A model generated the notes under the pieces. It saw nothing but the letters and a program-made list of their open reading frames with translations. It had not been told where the DNA came from and ran no database searches. The translations under genes were made by a program, and so were the position numbers. DNA of 7,236 nucleotides from a virus (Duplodnaviria > Heunggongvirae > Uroviricota > Caudoviricetes): IMG/VR virus record IMGVR_UViG_2706794665_000008; one strand, written 5' to 3'. Below are positions 1-7,236 of this stretch, piece after piece; the first letter of the stretch is position 1; each line of letters opens with the position of its first letter.

Positions 1-399
1 GCTCCTTCTGATGCCATTCTATTTCAGGAAGGAGTGTCCGTTAAACTCAGGCTACCTCAGTCTGCTGATTTGAGTCGCTACAGTGGCACGGTGGTTAACC
101 GTCCGACGTTTTTTGCTTTTGCAAAAGGCGCGGGTGTGATGGGGGAAGCGGGACCTGAAGCCATTCTGCCACTGCGTCGCGGTGCTGATGGTAAGCTGGG
201 GGGTGTGGCGGATACTGGTGGTTCAGGCATGGTGATGTTTGCCCCGCAGTACAACATTGAGATCAATAACGATGGCACGAACGGGCAGATAGGTCCGGCT
301 GCCCTGAAGGTGGTTTATGACCTCGGGAAAAAAGCGGCCGCGGACTTTATGCAACAGCAGGCCCGTGATGGTGGCCGGTTAAGTGGAGCATACCGGTAA
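1..399 (+). CDS. H: Tail tape measure protein gpH, C-terminal fragment (5' end lies upstream of the window)
   Basis: Frame 1 is open from base 1 to TAA at 397-399. The translation (...GGSGMVMFAPQYNIEINNDGTNGQIGPAALKVVYDLGKKAAADF...) matches my recollection of the lambda gpH C-terminus. Stop overlaps the next gene's start (TAATG), as in lambda H/M. No search run. Confidence 0.8.
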   Translation, partial: APSDAILFQEGVSVKLRLPQSADLSRYSGTVVNRPTFFAFAKGAGVMGEAGPEAILPLRRGADGKLGGVADTGGSGMVMFAPQYNIEINNDGTNGQIGPAALKVVYDLGKKAAADFMQQQARDGGRLSGAYR

Positions 400-728
400 T
401 GGAGACGTTTCACTGGAAAGTGCGCCCGGATATGAATGTGGTATCAGAGCCGAAAGTGGTGACAGTGAAGCTGGGCGATGGTTATGAACAGCGTCGTGCG
501 GCGGGACTGAATAACCAGTTGTCGACTTACAGCGTGAAGATACGTGTTCGTAAAGGTGAACACCCATTTTTAAAAGCCTTTCTGGAACGGCACGGTGGCG
601 TCCGCGCATTTCAGTGGACGCCACCTTATGACTGGAAGCCGATCAGGGTGGTTTGTCGTAAATGGTCGGCAAGCGTGGGGGCGTTGTGGGTAACCATAAC
701 GGCAGATTTTGAACAGGTCGTGGCATAG
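399..728 (+). CDS. M: Minor tail protein M (tail tip assembly)
   Basis: 109-aa ORF starting METFHWKV... and ending ...FEQVVA. Same length and closely similar sequence to lambda gpM as I recall it. ATG overlaps the H stop (TAATG). Position between H and L fits lambda order. Confidence 0.88.
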   Translation: METFHWKVRPDMNVVSEPKVVTVKLGDGYEQRRAAGLNNQLSTYSVKIRVRKGEHPFLKAFLERHGGVRAFQWTPPYDWKPIRVVCRKWSASVGALWVTITADFEQVVA

Positions 729-737
729 GAGGCTCTG

Positions 738-1436
738 ATGCAGGATATTCCACAGGAAACACATCATGAGACGACACGCCTCACTCAGTCAGCCCAGGTG
801 GTGCTCTGGGAAATCGATCTGACAGAGGTCGGTGGTGAACGTTATTTTTTCTGTAATGAGCAGAACGAAAAAGGTGAGCCGGTTACCTGGCAGGGGCGGC
901 AGTATCAGGCATACCCCATTCAGGGGACGGGATTTGAACTGAACGGCAAGGGCAGTGCTGCCCGTCCGACACTGACGGTTTCTAACCTGCACGGAATGGT
1001 CACCGGGATGGCGGAAGACCTGCAGAGTCTGGTCGGCGGAACGGTGGTCAGGCGTAAGGTTTACGCCCGTTTTCTGGATGCGGTGAACTTCGTCAACGGA
1101 AACAGCGACGCCGATCCGGAACAGGAGGTGATCAGCCGCTGGCGCATCGAGCAGTGCAGCGAACTGAGCGCGGTCAGTGCCTCTTTTGTGCTGGCCACAC
1201 CAACGGAGACGGATGGCGCGGTTTTCCCGGGGCGTATCATGCTGGCGAATACCTGTATGTGGACTTACCGTTCTGATGAGTGTGGTTACACGGGCAGGGC
1301 AGTGGCTGACGAGTTCGACAAACCAACGACGGATATCCGGAAGGACAAATGCAGCAAGTGTATGCGCGGGTGTGAGTTGCGCAACAATACCGGTAATTTC
1401 GGCGGTTTCCTTTCCATCAATAAACTTTCTCAGTAA
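738..1436 (+). CDS. L: Minor tail protein L (tail tip, Fe-S cluster-binding)
   Basis: 232-aa ORF starting MQDIPQET... with an AGGAGG Shine-Dalgarno at 726-731. It contains the conserved WEIDLTEVGGERYFFCNEQNEKGEPVTWQGRQYQ block and a C-terminal Cys cluster (C..C...C..C...C), and ends ...GNFGGFLSINKLSQ, as lambda gpL does. Confidence 0.9.
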   Translation: MQDIPQETHHETTRLTQSAQVVLWEIDLTEVGGERYFFCNEQNEKGEPVTWQGRQYQAYPIQGTGFELNGKGSAARPTLTVSNLHGMVTGMAEDLQSLVGGTVVRRKVYARFLDAVNFVNGNSDADPEQEVISRWRIEQCSELSAVSASFVLATPTETDGAVFPGRIMLANTCMWTYRSDECGYTGRAVADEFDKPTTDIRKDKCSKCMRGCELRNNTGNFGGFLSINKLSQ

Positions 1437-1440
1437 ATCC

Positions 1441-2184
1441 ATGACACAGACAGAATCAGCGATTCTGGCGCACGCCCGGCGATGTGCGCCAGCGGAGTCG
1501 TGTGGCTTCGTGGTAAGAACGCCGGAGGGAGACAGGTATCTTCCCAGCGAGAATATCTCCGGTGAGCCGGAGGAACGGTTCCGGATGGCTCCGGAGGACT
1601 GGCTGCGGGCACAAATGCAGGGTGAGATTGTGGCGCTGGTCCACAGTCATCCCGGTGGTCTGCCCTGGCTGAGTGAGGCTGACCGGCGGCTGCAGGTGCA
1701 GAGTGATTTGCCGTGGTGGCTGGTCTGCCGGGGGGCGATTCACAAGTTCCGCTGTGTGCCGCATCTCACCGGGCGGCGCTTTGAGCACGGGGTGACGGAC
1801 TGTTACACGCTGTTCCGGGATGCTTATCATCTGGCAGGGATTGAGATGCCGGATTTTCATCGCGGGGATGACTGGTGGCGTAACGGTCAGAATCTCTATC
1901 TTGACAATATGGAGGTGACGGGTTTTTACCGTGTCGCACTGACAGAGGCACAGCCGGGCGATGTGCTGCTGTGCTGTTTTGGTTCATCGGTGCCGAATCA
2001 TGCCGCCATTTACTGCGGTGACGGCGGGCTGCTGCACCATATTCCTGAACAACTGAGCAAACGAGAGAGGTACACCGACAAATGGCAGCGACGCACACAC
2101 TCCCTCTGGCGTCACCGGGCATGGCGCGCATCTGCCTTTACGGGGATTTACAACGATTTGGTCGCCGCATCGACCTTCGTGTGA
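1441..2184 (+). CDS. K: Tail tip assembly protein K (JAMM/MPN metalloprotease-like plus NlpC/P60-like domains)
   Basis: Start chosen at ATG 1441 (MTQTESAILAHARRCAPAE...), 4 nt after the L stop, matching the lambda gpK N-terminus. The longer ORF from 1177 lies inside L. A JAMM motif is visible (HSHPGGLPWLSEAD = H-x-H-x7-S-x2-D, about 1642-1683), followed by a conserved Cys (GVTDCYTLF) and downstream His residues typical of NlpC/P60. Confidence 0.85.
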   Translation: MTQTESAILAHARRCAPAESCGFVVRTPEGDRYLPSENISGEPEERFRMAPEDWLRAQMQGEIVALVHSHPGGLPWLSEADRRLQVQSDLPWWLVCRGAIHKFRCVPHLTGRRFEHGVTDCYTLFRDAYHLAGIEMPDFHRGDDWWRNGQNLYLDNMEVTGFYRVALTEAQPGDVLLCCFGSSVPNHAAIYCGDGGLLHHIPEQLSKRERYTDKWQRRTHSLWRHRAWRASAFTGIYNDLVAASTFV

Positions 2185-2714
2185 AAACGGGGGCTGAAGC
2201 CATCCGGGCACTGGCCACACAGCTCCCGGCGTTTCGTCAGAAACTGAGTGACGGCTGGTATCAGGTGCGCATTGCCGGGCGTGATGCAGGTGAAACCGAA
2301 TTGTCTGCCCGTCTTAATGAGCCNNNNNNNNNNNNNNNNNNNNNNNNNNNNNNNNNNNNNNNNNNNNNNNNNNNNNNNNNNNNNNNNNNNNNNNNNNNNN
2401 NNNNNNNNNNNNNNNNNNNNNNNNNNNNNNNNNNNNNNNNNNNNNNNNNNNNNNNNNNNNNNNNNNNNNNNNNNNNNNNNNNNNNNNNNNNNNNNNNNNN
2501 NNNNNNNNNNNNNNNNNNNNNNNNNNNNNNNNNNNNNNNNNNNNNNNNNNNNNNNNNNNNNNNNTATTTCTCGTCACTGGATAACATGGTTGCCCAGGGC
2601 AATGTTCTGCCCGTTCTGTACGGTGAAATGCGCGTGGGGTCACGTGTGGTTTCTCAGGAGATCAGCACGGCAGACGAAGGGGATGGTGGTCAGGTTGTGG
2701 TGATTGGTCGCTGA
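2082..2714 (+). CDS. I: Tail assembly protein I (interrupted by N run 2324-2564)
   Basis: Starts MAATHTLPLASPGMARICLYGDLQRFGRRIDLRVKTGAEAIRALATQLPAFRQKLSDGWYQVRIAGRD..., matching lambda gpI. After the N run the same frame reads ...YFSSLDNMVAQGNVLPVLYGEMRVGSRVVSQEISTADEGDGGQVVVIGR*, the gpI C-terminus. The 5' end overlaps the K 3' end in another frame, as in lambda. Confidence 0.82.
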   Translation: MAATHTLPLASPGMARICLYGDLQRFGRRIDLRVKTGAEAIRALATQLPAFRQKLSDGWYQVRIAGRDAGETELSARLNEXXXXXXXXXXXXXXXXXXXXXXXXXXXXXXXXXXXXXXXXXXXXXXXXXXXXXXXXXXXXXXXXXXXXXXXXXXXXXXXXXYFSSLDNMVAQGNVLPVLYGEMRVGSRVVSQEISTADEGDGGQVVVIGR

Positions 2715-2742
2715 TGCAAAATGTTTTATGTGAAACCGCCTG

Positions 2743-2770
2743 CGGGCGGTTTTGTCGTTTATGGAGCGTG
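2743..2770 (+). promoter_or_regulatory. GC-rich hairpin plus T-tract in the I-J intergenic spacer (terminator-like; possible attenuator or RNA-stability element)
   Basis: aaaccgcc (2743-2750), loop tgcg, ggcggttt (2755-2762), then tttgtcgttt. Seen directly; function is inferred. Confidence 0.3.
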
Positions 2771-2774
2771 AGGA

Positions 2775-5700
2775 ATGGGTAAAGGCAGCAGTAAGGGGCA
2801 TACCCCGCGCGAAGCGAAGGACAACCTGAAATCCACGCAGTTGCTGAGTGTGATTGATGCCATCAGCGAAGGGCCGGTTGACGGTCCGGTGGATGGATTA
2901 AAAAGCGTGCTGCTGAACGGTACGCCGGTCCTGGACAGCGAGGGGAAGACAAACTTTTCCGGTGTTACGGTGGTGTTCCGTGCAGGTGAGCAGGAGCAGA
3001 CACCGCCGGAGGGTTTTGAATCCTCCGGCTCCGAGACGGTGCTGGGTACGGAAGTGAAATATGACACGCCGATCACCCGGACCATCACGTCGGCAAACAT
3101 CGACCGTCTGCGCCTGACCTTCGGTGTGCAGGCACTGGTGGAAACCACCTCAAAGGGTGACCGGAATCCGTCGGAAGTCCGCCTGCTGGTTCAGATACAG
3201 CGTAACGGTGGCTGGGTGACGGAAAAAGACATCACCATTAAGGGCAAAACCACTTCGCAGTATCTGGCCTCGGTGGTGGTGGGTAACCTGCCGCCGCGCC
3301 CGTTTAATATCCGGATGCGCAGGATGACACCGGACAGCACCACAGACCAGCTGCAGAACAAAACGCTCTGGTCGTCGTACACCGAAATCATCGATGTGAA
3401 ACAGTGCTACCCGAACACGGCGCTGGTCGGCGTGCAGGTGGATTCAGAGCAGTTCGGTAACCAGCAGGTGAGTCGCAATTATCATCTTCGCGGGCGCATT
3501 CTGCAGGTGCCGTCGAACTATAACCCGCAGACGCGGCAATACAGCGGTATCTGGGACGGAACGCTTAAGCCAGCATACAGCAACAACATGGCCTGGTGTC
3601 TGTGGGACATGCTCACTCATCCGCGCTACGGCATGGGGAAACGTCTTGGTGCGGCAGATGTGGACAAATGGGCGCTGTATGTCATCGGCCAGTACTGCGA
3701 CCAGTCAGTGACGGACGGATTTGGCGGCACGGAGCCGCGCATCACCTGTAACTCTTACCTGACCACACAGCGTAAGGCGTGGGATGTTCTCAGTGATTTC
3801 TGCTCGGCGATGCGCTGTATGCCGGTATGGAACGGACAGATGCTGACGTTCGTGCAGGACCGACCGTCGGATAAGGTGTGGACCTATAACCGCAGTAATG
3901 TGGTGATGCCGGACGATGGCGCGCCGTTCCGCTACAGCTTCAGCGCCCTGAAGGACCGCCATAATGCCGTTGAGGTGAACTGGATTGACCCAGATAACGG
4001 CTGGGAGACGGCGACAGAGCTTGTGGAGGATACGCAGGCCATTGCCCGTTACGGTCGTAATGTCACGAAGATGGATGCCTTTGGCTGTACCAGCCGGGGG
4101 CAGGCACACCGAGCCGGGCTGTGGCTGATTAAAACGGAACTGCTGGAAACGCAGACCGTGGACTTCAGCGTGGGCGCAGAAGGGCTTCGCCATGTACCGG
4201 GTGATGTCATTGAAATCTGCGATGATGATTATGCCGGTATCAGCACCGGTGGTCGCGTACTGGCGGTGAACAGCCAGACCCGGACGCTGACGCTCGACCG
4301 TGAAATCACGCTGCCGTCCTCCGGTACCACGCTGATAAGCCTGGTTGACGGAAGTGGCAATCCGGTCAGCGTGGAGGTCCAGTCCGTCACCGACGGCGTG
4401 AAGGTGAAAGTGAGCCGGGTTCCTGACGGCGTTGCAGAATACAGCGTGTGGGGGCTGAAGCTGCCGACGCTGCGCCAGCGTCTGTTCCGCTGCGTGAGTA
4501 TCCGTGAGAACGACGACGGCACGTATGCCATCACCGCCGTGCAGCATGTGCCGGAAAAAGAGGCCATCGTGGATAACGGGGCACACTTTGACGGTGACCG
4601 GCGCGGCACGGTGAATGGTGTCACGCCGCCAGCGGTGCAGCATCTGACCGCCGAAGTCACCGCAGACAGCGGGGAATATCAGGTGCTGGCGCGATGGGAC
4701 ACGCCGAAGGTGGTGAAGGGTGTGAGCTTCCTGCTTCGCCTGACCGTGGCAGCGGACGACGGCAGTGAGCGGCTGGTCAGCACAGCCAGGACGACGGAAA
4801 CCACATACCGCTTCAGGCAGCTGGCGCTGGGGAATTACAGTCTGACAGTCCGGGCGGTAAATGCCCGGGGGCAGCAGGGCGATCAGATATTCATGAACGA
4901 CGTGTTCCTGAAATGCCTGACGGCTCCGACCATTACCAGCGGCGGTAATCCNNNNNNNNNNNNNNNNNNNNNNNNNNNNNNNNNNNNNNNNNNNNNNNNN
5001 NNNNNNNNNNNNNNNNNNNNNNNNNNNNNNNNNNNNNNNNNNNNNNNNNNNNNNNNNNNNNNNNNNNNNNNNNNNNNNNNNNNNNNNNNNNNNNNNNNNN
5101 NNNNNNNNNNNNNNNNNNNNNNNNNNNNNNNNNNNNNNNNNNNNNNNNNNNNNNNNNNNNNNNNNNNNNNNNNNNNNNNNNNNNNNNNNNNNNNNNNNNN
5201 NNNNNNNNNNNNNNNNNNNNNNNGATTATTATTTTTACGTTCGCAGTGTGAACACCGTTGGCAAATCGGCATTTGTGGAGGCCATCGGTCGGGCGAGCGA
5301 TGATGCAGAAGGTTATCTGAATTTTTATAAAGGGTTGATCAATAAAACGCATCTCGGCAAGGAGTTGTGGACGCAGATTGATAACGGTCAGCTTGCGCCG
5401 GACCTGACTGAAATCAGGACGTCCATTACGAATGTCAGCAATGAAATCACGCAAACCGTCAATAAAAAACTGGAAAATCAGAGTGCTGCAATCCAGCAGA
5501 TACAGAAAGTTCAGGTTGATACAAATAATAACCTGAACAGCATGTGGGCTGTGAAGCTGCAACAGATGAAGGACGGACGCCTTTATATTGCGGGTATCGG
5601 TGCCGGTATTGAGAATACGCCAGCAGGAATGCAGAGTCAGGTGCTGCTGGCGGCAGACAGGATTGCGATGATTAATCCTGCGAATGGCAACACAAAGCCG

Positions 5701-6354
5701 ATGTTTGTTGGTCAGGGCGATCAGATATTCATGAACGACGTGTTCCTGAAATGCCTGACGGCTCCGACCATTACCAGCGGCGGTAATCCTCCGGCATTTT
5801 CCCTGACACCTGGCGGACGGCTGACGGCGAAAAATGCCGATATCAGCGGTAACGTGAACGCGAACTCCGGGACGCTCAACAACGTCACGATTAATAAGAA
5901 CTGTCGGGTTCTGGGAAAATTGTCCGCGAACCAGATTGAAGGCGATCTCGTTAAAACAGTGGGCAAACCTTTCCCACGGGACTCCCGGGCACCGGAGAGG
6001 TGGCCATCAGGGACCATTACCGTCAGGGTTTATGACGATCAGCCGTTTGATCGGCAAATTGTTATTCCCGCGGTGGCGTTTCGCGGTGCTAAACATGAGC
6101 GGAAGAATAACAATATTTATTCGTCATGCCGCCTGATAGTGAAGAAAAACGGTGCTGAAATTTATAACCGAACGACCCTGGATAATACGCTGATATATAC
6201 GGGTGTTATTGATATGCCTGCCGGTCACGGTCACATGACGCTGGAGTTTTCTGTATCGGCATGGCTGGTAAATGGCTGGTATCCCACAGCAAGTATCAGC
6301 GATTTGCTGGTTGTGGTGATGAAGAAAGCCACTGCAGGCATCACGATTAGCTGA
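2775..6354 (+). CDS. J: Host specificity / central tail fibre protein J (interrupted by N run 4952-5223; N- and C-terminal parts are in different frames)
   Basis: N-terminal part (2775-4951, frame 3) starts [54 protein letters not shown]..., matching lambda gpJ. C-terminal part (5224-6354, frame 1) starts [32 protein letters not shown]... and contains the conserved [29 protein letters not shown] block before the TGA at 6352-6354. The span is 3580 nt, not a multiple of 3. Confidence 0.85.
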
Positions 6355-6373
6355 ATTTTATAACCCAGATACG

Positions 6374-6400
6374 GGCACCAGAAATGGTGCCTTTTTTATT
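6374..6400 (+). terminator. Rho-independent terminator downstream of J
   Basis: Perfect 6-bp stem ggcacc (6374-6379) / ggtgcc (6386-6391) with a 6-nt loop, followed by TTTTTTATT (6392-6400), 20 nt after the J stop. Confidence 0.55.
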
Positions 6401-6421
6401 GCAGAAAAGCGAGAGGTAATT

Positions 6422-6760
6422 ATGCGTAAAGTTTGTGCAGCCATTTTGTCCGCAGCCATCTGTCTGGCCGTATCCGGTGCGCCTGCATGGGCGTCTGAAC
6501 ATCAGTCCACGCTGAGCGCCGGGTATCTTCAGACCCATACTGATATGCCAGGCAGCGATGACCTGAAGGGCATTAACGTGAAATACCGTTATGAGTTTAC
6601 GGACACGCTGGGGCTGATTACGTCATTCAGTTNGGCGTGGGGGGCTGGCGTGCAGTTTAACCCGACCGAATCCGTGGCCATTGACCTTGCTTATGAAGGT
6701 TCCGGCAGTGGTGACTGGCGCACTGACGGTTTCATCGTGGGTGTCGGTTATAAGTTCTGA
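6422..6760 (+). CDS. lom: Lom-like outer-membrane protein (Ail/Lom/PagC family), internally deleted; likely non-functional
   Basis: 112-aa ORF with a signal peptide (MRKVCAAILSAAICLAVSGAPAWA|SE), a Lom-like N-terminal block (LKGINVKYRYEFTD) and the Lom C-terminus (AIDLAYEGSGSGDWRTDGFIVGVGYKF, terminal Phe). Lambda Lom is roughly 200 aa as I recall, so the central part is missing. A single 'n' at 6633 sits at the junction. Confidence 0.7.
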   Translation: MRKVCAAILSAAICLAVSGAPAWASEHQSTLSAGYLQTHTDMPGSDDLKGINVKYRYEFTDTLGLITSFSXAWGAGVQFNPTESVAIDLAYEGSGSGDWRTDGFIVGVGYKF

Positions 6761-6787
6761 TTAGCCAGGTAACACAGTGTTATGACT

Positions 6788-6812
6788 GCCCGCTGGTTCA
6801 GGCGGGCTTTTT
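6788..6812 (+). terminator. Rho-independent terminator downstream of lom
   Basis: Stem gcccgc (6788-6793) / gcgggc (6802-6807) with an 8-nt loop, followed by TTTTT (6808-6812). Confidence 0.55.
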
Positions 6813-6823
6813 GTGGGGTGAAT

Positions 6824-7150
6824 ATGGCAGTAAAGATTTCAGGTGTACTGAAAGATGGGGCGGGTAAACCTGTCGTAAATTGTGCGATTGAACTGCGGGC
6901 CAGAAGAACCAGTCCGACCGTTGTGGCACACGTTGTTGCCACTTGCGTGACGGACAATAACGGTGCTTATGTGATTGAGGCTGAGCCGGGGTATTACGAG
7001 GTTGCGCTTCACTGTAACGGCTGGCAGCCAACCCGTGTCGGGGATATTGATGTGGCACCGACTGATGCACCGGGGACACTGAACGCGTTTCTGAATGCAC
7101 CAAAGGATGGTGATTTACGTCCGGAGGTGATGAAGTGTCAGCGCCAGTGA
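6824..7150 (+). CDS. stf: Side tail fibre protein Stf, N-terminal fragment (108 codons, then stop)
   Basis: From ATG 6824 the translation MAVKISGVLKDGAGKPVVNCAIELRARR... matches the N-terminus of lambda Stf (MAVKISGVLKDGTGKPV.NC...) as I recall it. The ORF-track start at 6782 would include the lom terminator hairpin, so I reject it. TGA at 7148-7150, and the other two forward frames also hit stops within about 10 codons. Confidence 0.6.
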   Translation: MAVKISGVLKDGAGKPVVNCAIELRARRTSPTVVAHVVATCVTDNNGAYVIEAEPGYYEVALHCNGWQPTRVGDIDVAPTDAPGTLNAFLNAPKDGDLRPEVMKCQRQ

Positions 7151-7236
7151 TATAAGACGGTAATTCGCCATTTGGATTGTCCGCTCCACCCAACATGTTG
7201 TTTCCTTAAGGTTCTCACACCAGAAAGGACATCAAC

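Noticed and set aside
789-1442. 217-aa ORF on the minus strand
   Set aside because: Lies entirely antisense to L, whose forward-strand translation matches lambda gpL. Long antisense ORFs are common in GC-rich coding DNA, and I recognise no motif in it.
1177-2184. Longer version of K starting at ATG 1177
   Set aside because: The first 264 nt overlap L in another frame. The ATG at 1441 gives the MTQTESAIL N-terminus matching lambda gpK and sits just after the L stop.
2248-2703. ORFs running through the N runs (2248-2703 +, 2261-2602 -, 2314-2643 -, 4883-5272 -, 4933-5562 -)
   Set aside because: Their length comes mainly from Ns translated as X, so they are artefacts of the gaps. 5721-6017 on the minus strand and 4883-5272 on the minus strand share a C-terminus only because of the 77-bp repeat.
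3705-4643. 312-aa ORF on the minus strand (also 4229-4660 on the minus strand)
   Set aside because: Antisense to the well-supported J coding region; Arg/His-rich, low-complexity translation typical of a spurious antisense ORF.
2324-5223. Possibility that the N runs hide an inserted novel system
   Set aside because: Both runs are flanked on each side by sequence reading as the same gene (I, J). In I the frame is preserved across the gap. The J gap flanks and frame are abnormal and are treated as a separate finding, but nothing indicates a foreign gene.
6355-6421. Possible lom promoter between the J terminator and the lom start
   Set aside because: Lom is known to be expressed from the prophage, but I could not find a convincing -35/-10 pair with proper spacing by eye, so no promoter is annotated.
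6782-7150. stf ORF starting at ATG 6782
   Set aside because: That start would place the lom terminator hairpin (6788-6812) inside the coding region. The in-frame ATG at 6824 gives the MAVKISG N-terminus matching lambda Stf.
6798-7196. 132-aa minus-strand ORF overlapping stf
   Set aside because: Antisense to the stf-like ORF; Pro/Ser/His-rich, low-complexity translation with no recognisable domain. Cannot be excluded without a search, but most likely spurious.
1-7236. CRISPR arrays, IS elements or transposase genes, tRNA/rRNA genes
   Set aside because: No regularly spaced short repeats, no terminal inverted repeats flanking a transposase-like ORF and no tRNA-like cloverleaf candidates were seen. 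Almost the whole window is accounted for by the tail genes.

Overview
This window is the tail-tip and host-specificity module of a lambda-like (lambdoid) enterobacterial prophage, all on the + strand in lambda gene order: 3' end of tape measure H, then M, L, K, I, J, a lom-like outer-membrane protein gene and the start of a side-tail-fiber (stf) gene. Calls rest on reading the ORF translations and recalling lambda gpH/M/L/K/I/J/Lom/Stf; no search was run. I found no undescribed system: no CRISPR array, IS element or tRNA/rRNA is visible. The points worth a second look are structural: two N runs inside I (2324-2564) and J (4952-5223), a 77-bp exact direct repeat in J abutting the second N run, a frame mismatch between the two halves of J, an internally deleted lom with a single N at the junction, and an stf ORF that stops after 108 codons. 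Together these suggest either a decaying prophage or an assembly collapsed across several related prophages. The likeliest place for cargo genes, downstream of stf, is cut off by the window end.
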